This document shows positions 27,592 through 39,872 of a stretch of 64,000 nucleotides of DNA, in pieces. The notes below the pieces were generated by a model, which saw only the letters and a list, made by a program, of their open reading frames with translations, did no database searches and was not told where the DNA came from. The stretch lies in the NCBI GenBank assembly GCA_002189035.1, contig NEEC01000199.1, positions 1-64,000 on the forward strand. The letters are read 5' to 3'. A program made the position numbers and the translations under genes. Numbering within the stretch: the stretch's first letter is position 1; every line of letters starts with the position of its first letter. The stretch is from Utricularia gibba. Lineage: Eukaryota > Plantae > Magnoliophyta.

Positions 27592-28176
27592 ATGTGCCAC
27601 AAATTGGCCACCACGTTCGCGACGATGCGACTCGGAAAACGAGAATCGACCCGATTGTGATTTTCGGGTTGCAAAACATCTGCGTTTTATTGGGTGACGT
27701 GAAGTATGGGTTTTCGAGGCGATCTCTGAACAAGCTCTAGGTGTGTTCCTACCCGCAGCCTCAAGGTGGCTCGCACACCGTTCGGTATTTCGGCCATATC
27801 CTGAAAACCGTGATGAGTCACGCTGCGCCCGGCATACCGTTTCGAACCCTTTCGTGCCGGTCAGCTTCCGTGTTGAAAGCTTCTTCGTCCGAGGATGCAT
27901 CAGAGCTCGAATTATCAAAACATCTGCGTTTTATTGGGTGACGTGAAGTATGGGTTTTCGAGGCGATCTCTGAACAAGCTCTGGGTGTGTTCCTACCCGC
28001 AGCCTCATGGTGGCCTCGCACACCGTTCGGCATTCGTCGATATCTTGAAATCAAGATGAGTCACGCTGCGCCCGGCATACCGTTTCGAAGCCCTTTCCGT
28101 GCCGTCAGCTTCCGTGTTGAAAGCTTCTTTCGAGGATGCATCAGAGCTCGAATTATCGCCTTATCTTAGCCTTCAG
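27592..28176. repeat. Two monomers fused across a 100-bp deletion (585 bp instead of about 694)
   Basis: At 27911-27926 gaattatc joins directly to aaaacatctg, skipping gccttat...cttgc (100 bp of consensus). Confidence 0.9.
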
Positions 28177-31100
28177 ATGTGCCACAAATTGGCCACCACG
28201 TTCGCGACGATGCGACTCGGAACACGAGAATCGACGCGATTGTGATTTTCGCTTGCAAAACATCTGCGTTTTATTGGGTGACGTGAAGTATGGTTTTCGA
28301 GGCGATCTCTGAACAAGCTCTAGGTGTGTTCCTACCCGCAGCCTCATGGTGGCCTCGCACACCGTTCGGCATCTCGTCGATATCTTGAAGATCAAGATGA
28401 GTCACGCTGCGCCCGGCATACCGTTTCGAACCCCTTTCCGAGCCGGTCATCTTCCGTGTTGAAAGCTTCTTCGTCCGAGGATGCATCAGAGCTCGAATTA
28501 TCGCCTTATATTAGCCTTCAGATGTGCCACAAATTGGCCACCACGTTCGCGACGATGCGACTCGGAACACGAGAATCGACGCGATTGTGATTTTCGGCTT
28601 GCAAAACATCTGCGTTTTATTGGATGACGTGAAGTATGGGTTTTCGAGGCGATCTCTGAACAAGCTCTGGGTGTGTCCCTACCCGCAGCCTCATGGTGGC
28701 CTCGCACACCGTTCGGCATCTCGTCGATATATCTTGAAGATCGTGATGAGTCACGCTGCGCCCGGCATACCGTTTCGAACCCTTTCCGTGCCGGTCAGCT
28801 TCCGTGTTGAAAGCATCTTCGTCCGAGGATGCATCAGAGCTCGAATTATCGCCTTATATTAGCCTTCAGATGTGCCACAAATTGGCCACCACGTTCGCGA
28901 CGATGCGACTCGGAACACGAGAATCGACGCGATTGTGATTTTCGCTTGCAAAACATCTGTTTTATTGGGTGACGTGAAGTATGGGTTTTCGAGGCGATCT
29001 CTGAACAAGCTCTGGGTGTGTCCTACCCGCAGCCTCATGGTGGCCTCGCACACCGTTCGGCATCTCGTCGATATCTTGAAGATCAAGATGAGTCACGCTG
29101 CGCCCGGCATACCGTTTCGAAGCCCGTTCCGAGCCGGTCAGCTTCCGTGTTGAAAGCTTCTTCGTCCGAGGATGCATCAGAGCTCGAATTATCGCCTTAT
29201 ATTAGCCTTCAGATGTGCCACAAAATTGGCCACCACGTTCGCGACGATGCGACTCGGAACACGAGAATCGACGCGATTGTGATTTTCGCTTGCAAAACAT
29301 CTGCGTTTTATTGGGTGACGTGAAGTATGGGTTTTCGAGGCGATCTCTGAACAAGCTCTAGGTGTGTTCCTACCCGCAGCCTCATGGTGGCCTCGCACAC
29401 CGTTCGGCATTCGTCGATATCTGAAGATCTGATGAGTCACGCTGCGCCCGGCATACCGTTTCGAAGCCCGTTCCGTGCCGGTCAGCTTCCGTGTTGAAAG
29501 CTTCTTCGTCCGAGGATGCATCAGAGCTCGAATTATCGCCTTATCTTAGCCTTCAGATGTGCCACAAATTGGCCACCACGTTCGCGACGATGCGACTCGG
29601 AACACGAGAATCGACGCGATTGTGATTTTCGGCTTGCAAAACATCTGCGTTTTATTGGGTGACGTGAAGTATGGGTTTTCGAGGCGATCTCTGAACAAGC
29701 TCTAGGTGTGTCCCTACCCGCAGCCTCATGGTGGCCTCGCACACCGTTCGGCATCTCGTCGATATCTTGAAGATCAAGATGAGTCACGCTGCGCCCGGCA
29801 TACCGTTTCGAAGCCCGTTCCGTGCCGGTCAGCTTCCGTGTTGAAAGCTTCTTCGTCCGAGGATGCATCAGAGCTCGAATTATCGCCTTATATTAGCCTT
29901 CAGATGTGCCACAAATTGGCCACCACGTTCGCGACGATGCGACTCGGAACACATCGATCGACGCGATTGTGATTTTCGCCTTGCAAAACATCTGCGTTTT
30001 ATTGGGTGACGTGAAGTATGGGTTTTCGAGGCGATCTCTGAACAAGCTCTGGGTGTGTCCCTACCCGCAGCCTCATGGTGGCCTCGCACACCGTTCGGCA
30101 TTTCGTCGATATCTTGAAATGATGAGTCACGCTGCGCCCGGCATACCGTTTCGAAGCCCTTTCCGTGCCGGTCAGCTTCCGTGTTGAAAGCTTCTTCGTC
30201 CGAGGATGCATCAGAGCTCGAATTATCGCCTTATCTTAGCCTTCAGATGTGCCACAAATTGGCCACCACGTTCGCGACGATGCGACTCGGAACACGAGAA
30301 TCGACGCGATTGTGATTTTCGGCTTGCAAAACATCTGCGTTTTATTGGGATGACGTGAAGTATGGGTTTTCGAGGCGATCTCTGAACAAGCTCTGGGTGT
30401 GTCCCTACCCGCAGCCTCATGGTGGCCTCGCACACCGTTCGGTATTCGGCGATATCTGAAATCGTGATGAGTCACGCTGCGCCCGGCATACCGTTTCGAA
30501 CCCCTTTCCGTGCCGGTCAGCTTCCGTGTTGAAAGCTTCTTCGTCCGAGGATGCATCAGAGCTCGAATTATCGCCTTATCTTAGCCTTCAGATGTGCCAC
30601 AAATTGGCCACCACGTTCGCGACGATGCGACTCGGAACACGAGAATCGACGCGATTGTGATTTTCGCCTTGCAAAACATCTGCGTTTTATTGGGTGACGT
30701 GAAGTATGGGTTTTCGAGGCGATCTCTGAACAAGCTCTAGGTGTGTTCCCTACCCGCAGCCTCATGGTGGCCTCGCACACCGTTCGGCATCTCGTCATAT
30801 CTGAAGATCAAGATGAGTCACGCTGCGCCCGGCATACCGTTTCGAAGCCCTTTCCGTGCCGGTCAGCTTCCGTGTTGAAAGCTTCTTCGTCCGAGGATGC
30901 ATCAGAGCTCGAATTATCGCCTTATCTTAGCCTTCAGATGTGCCACAAATTGGCCACCACGTTCGCGACGATGCGACTCGGAACACGAGAATCGACGCGA
31001 TTGTGATTTTCGCTTGCAAAACATCTGCGTTTTATTGGGTGACGTGAAGTATGGGTTTTCGAGGCGATCTCTGAACAAGCTCTGGGTGTGTTCCTACCCG

Positions 31101-34100
31101 CAGCCTCATGGTGGCCTCGCACACCGTTCGGTATTTCGGCGATATCCTGAAAACCGTGATGAGTCACGCTGCGCCCGGCATACGTTTCGAACCCCTTTCC
31201 GTGCCGGTCAGCTTCCGTGTTGAAAGCATCTTCGTCCGAGGATGCATCAGAGCTCGAATTATCGCCTTATATTAGCCTTCAGATGTGCCACAAATTGGCC
31301 ACCACGTTCGCGACGATGCGACTCGGAACACGAGAATCGACGCGATTGTGATTTTCGGCTTGCAAAACATCTGCGTTTTATTGGGTGACGTGAAGTATGG
31401 GTTTTCGAGGCGATCTCTGAACAAGCTCTGGGTGTGTCCCTACCCGCAGCCTCATGGTGGCCTCGCACACCGTTCGGCATCTCGTCGATATCTTGAAGAT
31501 CGTGATGTCACGCTGCGCCCGGCATACCGTTTCGAACCCCGTTCCGTGCGGTCAGCTTCCGTGTTGAAAGCTTCTTCGTCCGAGGATGCATCAGAGCTCG
31601 AATTATCGCCTTATCTTAGCCTTCAGATGTGCCACAAATTGGCCACCACGTTCGCGACGATGCGACTCGGAACACGAGAATCGACGCGATTGTGATTTTC
31701 GGCTTGCAAAACATCTGCGTTTTATTTGATGACGTGAAGTATGGGTTTTCGAGGCGATCTCTGAACAAGCTCTGGGTGTGTCCCTACCCGCAGCCTCATG
31801 GTGGCCTCGCACACCGTTCGGCATCTCGTCGATATCTTGAAGATCAAGATGAGTCACGCTGCGCCCGGCATACCGTTTCGAAGCCCTTTCCGTGCCGGTC
31901 AGCTTCCGTGTTGAAAGCTTCTTCGTCCGAGGATGCATCAGAGCTCGAATTATCGCCTTATCTTAGCCTTCAGATGTGCCACAAATTGGCCACCACGTTC
32001 GCGACGATGCGACTCGGAACACGAGAATCGACGCGATTGTGATTTTCGGCTTGCAAAACATCTGCGTTTTATTGGGTGACGTGAAGTATGGGTTTTCGAG
32101 GCGATCTCTGAACAAGCTCTGGGTGTGTCCTACCCGCAGCCTCATGGTGGCCTCGCACACCGTTCGGCATCTCGTCGATATCTTGAAGATCAAGATGAGT
32201 CACGCTGCGCCCGGCATACCGTTTCGAAGCCCGTTCCGAGCCGGTCAGCTTCCGTGTTGAAAGCTTCTTCGTCCGAGGATGCATCAGAGCTCGAATTATC
32301 GCCTTATATTAGCCTTCAGATGTGCCACAAATTGGCCACCACGTTCGCGACGATGCGACTCGGAACACGAGAATCGACGCGATGTGATTTTCGCCTTGCA
32401 AAACATCTGCGTTTTATTGGTGACGTGAAGTATGGGTTTTCGAGGCGATCTCTGAACAAGCTCTGGGTGTGTCCTACCCGCAGCCTCATGGTGGCCTCGC
32501 ACACCGTTCGGTATTTCGTCGATATCCTGAAAACCGTGATGAGTCACGCTGCGCCGGCATACCGTTTCGAACCCTTTCCGTGCCGGTCAGCTTCCGTGTT
32601 GAAAGCATCTTCGTCCGAGGATGCATCAGAGCTCGAATTATCGCCTTATATTAGCCTTCAGATGTGCCACAAATTGGCCACCACGTTCGCGACGATGCGT
32701 TTCGGAACACGAGAATCGACGCGATTGTGATTTTCGGCTTGCAAAAGATCTGCGTTTTATTGGTGACGTGAAGTATGGGTTTTCGATGCGATCTCTGAAC
32801 AAGCTCTGGGTGTGTCCCTACCCGCAGCCTCATGGTGGCCTCGCACACCGTTCGGCATTCGTCGATATCTTGAAGATCAGATGAGTCACGCTGCGCCCGG
32901 CATCCGTTTCGAAGCCCGTTCCGTGCCGGTCAGCTTCCGTGTTGAAAGCTTCTTCGTCCGAGGATGCATCAGAGCTCGAATTATCGCCTTATCTTAGCCT
33001 TCAGATGTGCCACAAATTGGCCACCACGTTCGCGACGATGCGACTCGGAACACGAGAATCGACGCGATTGTGATTTTCGGCTTGCAAAACATCTGCGTTT
33101 TATTGGGTGACGTGAAGTATGGGTTTTCGAGGCGATCTCTGAACAAGCTCTGGTGTGTTCCCTACCCGCAGCCTCATGGTGGCCTCGCACACCGTTCGGC
33201 ATTCGTCGATATCTGAAGATCAAGATGAGTCACGCTGCGCCCGGCATACCGTTTCGAACCCGTTCCGAGCCGGTCAGCTTCCGTGTTGAAAGCTTCTTCG
33301 TCCGAGGATGCATCAGAGCTCGAATTATCGCCTTATCTTAGCCTTCAGATGTGCCACAAATTGGCCACCACGTTCGCGACGATGCGACTCGGAACACGAG
33401 AATCGACGCGATTGTGATTTTCGGCTTGCAAAACATCTGCGTTTTATTTGGGTGACGAAGTATGGGTTTTCGAGGCGATCTCTGAACAAGCTCTGGGTGT
33501 GTCCCTACCCGCAGCCTCATGGTGGCCTCGCACACCGTTCGGCATCTCGTCGATATCTTGAAGATCTGATGAGTCACGCTGCGCCCGGCATACCGTTTCG
33601 AAGCCCGTTCCGAGCCGGTCAGCTTCCGTGTTGAAAGCTTCTTCGTCCGAGGATGCATCAGAGCTCGAATTATCGCCTTATATTAGCCTTCAGATGTGCC
33701 ACAAATTGGCCACCACGTTCGCGACGATGCGACTCGGAACACGAGAATCGACGCGATTGTGATTTTCGCTTGCAAAACATCTGCGTTTTATTGGTGACGT
33801 GAAGTATGGGTTTTCGAGGCGATCTCTGAACAAGCTCTGGTGTGTGTCCCTACCCGCAGCCTCATGGTGGCCTCGCACACCGTTCGGTATTTCGGCGATA
33901 TCTGAAAACCGTGATGAGTCACGCTGCGCCGGCATACCGTTTCGAACCCCTTTCCGTGCCGGTCAGCTTCCGTGTTGAAAGCATCTTCGTCCGAGGATGC
34001 ATCAGAGCTCGAATTATCGCCTTATATTAGCCTTCAGATGTGCCACAAATTGGCCACCACGTTCGCGACGATGACGGAACACGAGAATCGACGCGATTGT

Positions 34101-37100
34101 GATTTTCGGCTTGCAAAACATCTGCGTTTTATTGGTGACGTGAAGTATGGGTTTTCGAGGCGATCTCTGAACAAGCTCTGGGTGTGTCCTACCCGCAGCC
34201 TCATGGTGGCCTCGCACACCGTTCGGCATCTCGTCGATATCTTGAAGATCAAGATGAGTCACGCTGCGCCCGGCATACCGTTTCGAAGCCCGTTCCGTGC
34301 CGGTCAGCTTCCGTGTTGAAAGCTTCTTCGTCCGAGGATGCATCAGAGCTCGAATTATCGCCTTATATTAGCCTTCAGATGTGCCACAAATTGGCCACCA
34401 CGTTCGCGACGATGCGACTCGGAACACGAGAATCGACGCGATTGTGATTTTCGGCTTGCAAAAACATCTGTTTTTGGGTGACGTGAAGTATGGGTTTTCG
34501 AGGCGATCTCTGAACAAGCTCTGGGTGTGTCCCTACCCGCAGCCTCATGGTGGCCTCGCACACCGTTCGGCATCTCGTCGATATCTTGAAGATCAAGATG
34601 AGTCACGCTGCGCCCGGCATACCGTTTCGAAGCCCTTTCCGTGCCGGTCAGCTTCCGTGTTGAAAGCTTCTTCGTCCGAGGATGCATCAGAGCTCGAATT
34701 ATCGCCTTATATTAGCCTTCAGATGTGCCACAAATTGGCCACCGTTCGCGACGATGCGACTCGGAACACGAGAATCGACGCGATTGTGATTTTCGGCTTG
34801 CAAAACATCTGCGTTTTATTGGGTGACGTGAAGTATGGGTTTTCGAGGCGATCTCTGAACAAGCTCTGGGTGTGTCCCTACCCGCAGCCTCATGGTGGCC
34901 TCGCACACCGTTCGGCATTCTCGTCGATATCTGAAATCAAGATGAGTCACGCTGCGCCGGCATACCGTTTCGAAGCCCTTTCCGTGCCGGTCAGCTTCCG
35001 TGTTGAAAGCTTCTTCGTCCGAGGATGCATCAGAGCTCGAATTATCGCCTTATATTAGCCTTCAGATGTGCCACAAATTGGCCACCACGTTCGCGACGAT
35101 GCGACTCGGAACACGAGAATCGACGCGATTGTGATTTTCGCCTTGCAAAACATCTGCGTTTTATTGGTGACGTGAAGTATGGGTTTTCGAGGCGATCTCT
35201 GAACAAGCTCTAGGTGTGTTCCTACCCGCAGCCTCATGGTGGCCTCGCACACCGTTCGGCATTCGTCGATATCTTGAAGATCAAGATGAGTCACGCTGCG
35301 CCCGGCATACCGTTTCGAACCCTTTCCGTGCCGGTCAGCTTCCGTGTTGAAAGCATCTTCGTCCGAGGATGCATCAGAGCTCGAATTATCGCCTTATATT
35401 AGCCTTCAGATGTGCCACAAATTGGCCACCACGTTCGCGACGATGCGACTCGGAACACGAGAATCGACGCGATTGTGATTTTCGCCTTGCAAAACATCTG
35501 CGTTTTATTGGGTGACGTGAAGTATGGGTTGCGATCTCTGAACAAGCTCTGGGTGTGTCCTACCCGCAGCCTCATGGTGGCCTCGCACACCGTTCGGCAT
35601 CTCGTCGATATCTTGAAGATCAGATGAGTCACGCTGCGCCCGGCATACCGTTTCGAAGCCCTTTCCGTGCCGGTCAGCTTCCGTGTTGAAAGCTTCTTCG
35701 TCCGAGGATGCATCAGAGCTCGAATTATCGCCTTATCTTAGCCTTCAGATGTGCCACAAATTGGCCACCACGTTCGCGACGATGCGACTCGGAACACGAG
35801 AATCGACGCGATTGTGATTTTCGGCTTGCAAAACATCTGCGTTTTATTGGGTGACGTGAAGTATGGGTTTTCGAGGCGATCTCTGAACAAGCTCTGGGTG
35901 TGTCCCTACCCGCAGCCTCATGGTGGCCTCGCACACCGTTCGGCATCTCGTCGATATCTTGAAGATCAAGATGAGTCACGCTGCGCCCGGCATACCGTTT
36001 CGAACCCTTTCCGTGCCGGTCAGCTTCCGTGTTGAAAGCTTCTTCGTCCGAGGATGCATCAGAGCTCGAATTATCGCCTTATATTAGCCTTCAGATGTGC
36101 CACAAATTGGCCACCACGTTCGCGACGATGCGACTCGGAACACGAGAATCGACGCGATTGTGATTTTCGGCTTGCAAAAGATCTGCGTTTTATTGGTGAC
36201 GTGAAGTATGGGTTTTCGAGGCGATCTCTGAACAAGCTCTGGTGTGTCCCTACCCGCAGCCTCATGGTGGCCTCGCACACCGTTCGGTATTTCGGCATAT
36301 CCTGAAAAACCGTGATGAGTCACGCTGCGCCGGCATACCGTTTCGAACCCCTTTCCGTGCCGGTCAGCTTCCGTGTTGAAAGCATCTTCGTCCGAGGATG
36401 CATCAGAGCTCGAATTATCGCCTTATATTAGCCTTCAGATGTGCCACAAATTGGCCACCACGTTCGCGACGATGCGACTCGGAACACGAGAATCGACGCG
36501 ATTGTGATTTTCGGCTTGCAAAACATCTGCGTTTTATTGATGACGTGAAGTATGGGTTTTCGAGGCGATCTCTGAACAAGCTCTGGGTGTGTCCCTACCC
36601 GCAGCCTCATGGTGGCCTCGCACACCGTTCGGTATTCGTCGATATCTTGAAGATCGTGATGAGTCACGCTGCGCCCGGCATACCGTTTCGAAGCCCTTTC
36701 CGTGCCGGTCAGCTTCCGTGTTGAAAGCTTCTTCGTCCGAGGATGCATCAGAGCTCGAATTATCGCCTTATATTAGCCTTCAGATGTGCCACAAATTGGC
36801 CACCACGTTCGCGACGATGCGACTCGGAACACGAGAATCGACGCGATTGTGATTTTCGGCTTGCAAAACATCTGCGTTTTATTGGGTGACGTGAAGTATG
36901 GGTTTTCGAGGCGATCTCTGAACAAGCTCTAGGTGTGTTCCTACCCGCAGCCTCATGGTGGCCTCGCACACCGTTCGGCATCTCGTCGATATCTTGAAGA
37001 TCAGATGAGTCACGCTGCGCCCGGCATACCGTTTCGAACCCCTTTCCGTGCCGGTCAGCTTCCGTGTTGAAAGCTTCTTCGTCCGAGGATGCATCAGAGC

Positions 37101-39872
37101 TCGAATTATCGCCTTATCTTAGCCTTCAGATGTGCCACAAATTGGCCACCACGTTCGCGACGATGCGACTCGGAACACGAGAATCGACGCGATTGTGATT
37201 TTCGGCTTGCAAAACATCTGTTTTATTGGTGACGTGAAGTATGGGTTTTCGAGGCGATCTCTGAACAAGCTCTGGGTGTGTCCCTACCCGCAGCCTCATG
37301 GTGGCCTCGCACACCGTTCGGCATCTCGTCGATATCTGAAGATCGTGATGAGTCACGCTGCGCCCGGCATACCGTTTCGAACCCCTTTCCGTGCCGGTCA
37401 GCTTCCGTGTTGAAAGCTTCTTCGTCCGAGGATGCATCAGAGCTCGAATTATCGCCTTATATTAGCCTTCAGATGTGCCACAAATTGGCCACCACGTTCG
37501 CGACGATGCGACTCGGAACACGAGAATCGACGCGATTGTGATTTTCGCCTTGCAAAACATCTGCGTTTTATTTTGACGTGAAGTATGGGTTTTCGAGGCG
37601 ATCTCTGAACAAGCTCTGGGTGTGTCCTACCCGCAGCCTCATGGTGGCCTCGCACACCGTTCGGCATTTCGTCGATATCTTGAAAAGATGAGTCACGCTG
37701 CGCCGGCATACCGTTTCGAACCCCTTTCCGTCCGGTCAGCTTCCGTGTTGAAAGCATCTTCGTCCGAGGATGCATCAGAGCTCGAATTATCGCCTTATAT
37801 TAGCCTTCAGATGTGCCACAAATTGGCCACCACGTTCGCGACGATGCGACTCGGAACACGAGAATCGACGCGATTGTGATTTTCGCCTTGCAAAACATCT
37901 GCGTTTTATTGGTGACGTGAAGTATGGGTTTTCGAGGCGATCTCTGAACAAGCTCTGGGTGTGTCCCTACCCGCAGCCTCATGGTGGCCTCGCACACCGT
38001 TCGGCATTCTCGTCATATCTGAAGTCAAGATGAGTCACGCTGCGCCCGGCATACCGTTTCGAACCCTTTCCGGCCGTCAGCTTCCGTGTTGAAAGCTTCT
38101 TCGTCCGAGGATGCATCAGAGCTCGAATTATCGCCTTATATTAGCCTTCAGATGTGCCACAAATTGGCCACCACGTTCGCGACGATGCGACTCGGAACAC
38201 GAGAATCGACGCGATTGTGATTTTCGGCTTGCAAAAGATCTGCGTTTTATTGGATGACGTGAAGTATGGGTTTTCGATGCGATCTCTGAACAAGCTCTGG
38301 GTGTGTCCCTACCCGCAGCCTCATGGTGGCCTCGCACACCGTTCGGTATTCGCGATATCCTGAAAACCGTGATGAGTCACGCTGCGCCGGCATACCGTTT
38401 CGAACCCCTTTCCGTGCCGGTCAGCTTCCGTGTTGAAAGCATCTTCGTCCGAGGATGCATCAGAGCTCGAATTATCGCCTTATATTAGCCTTCAGATGTG
38501 CCACAAATTGGCCACCACGTTCGCGACGATGAGACTCGGAACACGAGAATCGACGCGATTGTGATTTTCGGCTTGCAAAAAGATCTGCGTTTTATTGGAT
38601 GACGTGAAGTATGGGTTTTCGATGCGATCTCTGAACAAGCTCTGGGTGTGTCCCTACCCGCAGCCTCATGGTGGCCTCGCACACGTTCGGCATCTCGTCG
38701 ATATCTTGAAGATCAAGATGAGTCACGCTGCGCCCGGCATACCGTTTCGAACCCCTTTCCGTGCCGGTCAGCTTCCGTGTTGAAAGCATCTTCGTCCGGG
38801 ATGCATCAGAGCTCGAATTATCGCCTTATATTAGCCTTCAGATGTGCCACAAATTGGCCACCACGTTCGCGACGATGCGTTTCGGAACACGAGAATCGAC
38901 GCGATTGTGATTTTCGCTTGCAAAAGATCTGCGTTTTATTGGATGACGTGAAGTATGGGTTTTCGAGCGATCTCTGAACAAGCTCTGGGTGTGTCCCTAC
39001 CCGCAGCCTCATGGTGGCCTCGCACACCGTTCGGTATTTCGGCGATATCTGAAAACCGTGATGAGTCACGCTGCGCCGGCATACCGTTTCGAACCCCTTT
39101 CCGTGCCGGTCAGCTTCCGTGTTGAAAGCATCTTCGTCCGAGGATGCATCAGAGCTCGAATTATCGCCTTATATTAGCCTTCAGATGTGCCACAAATTGG
39201 CCACCACGTTCGCGACGATGCGACTCGGAACACGAGAATCGACGCGATTGTGATTTTCGCCTTGCAAAACATCTGCGTTTTATTGGGTGACGTGAAGTAT
39301 GGGTTTTCGAGGCGATCTCTGAACAAGCTCTAGGTGTGTTCCTACCCGCAGCCTCATGGTGGCCTCGCACACCGTTCGGCATCTCGTCGATATCTTGAAG
39401 ATCAAGATGAGTCACGCTGCGCCCGGCATACCGTTTCGAACCCGTTCCGTGCGGTCAGCTTCCGTGTTGAAAGCATCTTCGTCCGAGGATGCATCAGAGC
39501 TCGAATTATCGCCTTATATTAGCCTTCAGATGTGCCACAAATTGGCCACCACGTTCGCGACGATGCGACTCGGAACACGAGAATCGACGCGATTGTGATT
39601 TTCGCTTGCAAAATCTGCGTTTTATTGGGTGACGTGAAGTATGGGTTTTCGAGGCGATCTCTGAACAAGCTCTGGGTGTGTCCTACCCGCAGCCTCATGG
39701 TGGCCTCGCACACCGTTCGGCATCTCGTCGATATCTTGAAGATCAAGATGAGTCACGCTGCGCCCGGCATACCGTTTCGAACCCCTTTCCGTGCCGGTCA
39801 GCTTCCGTGTTGAAAGCTTCTTCGTCCGAGGATGCATCAGAGCTCGAATTATCGCCTTATATTAGCCTTCAG
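27917..39872. repeat. Transition domain: A-tail-rich monomers, mixed ATT/CTT linkers, about 4-mer periodicity
   Basis: The AGT linker is absent. The aagcAtc allele occurs at 28815, 31228, 32607, 33983, 35355, 36384 and 37756, mostly on B-tail or hybrid monomers. Confidence 0.7.

Larger units (their letters stand above)
1..27916. repeat. Left satellite domain with variable G-H-I-J-K higher-order repeat
   Basis: Linkers ttatAGTag or ttatCTTag, intact AAGCTT, and alleles gtcaTct, ttcAtcc, gaTtcac, catCTcgttt. Five recurring monomer types are recognisable from 4530 onward; 1-4529 is less clearly typed. Confidence 0.85.

Noticed and set aside
29951-29960. acATCGatcg 4-bp replacement, and small deletions near 35530, 42640 and 51793
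   Set aside because: Singletons that cannot be told apart from consensus noise without reads.
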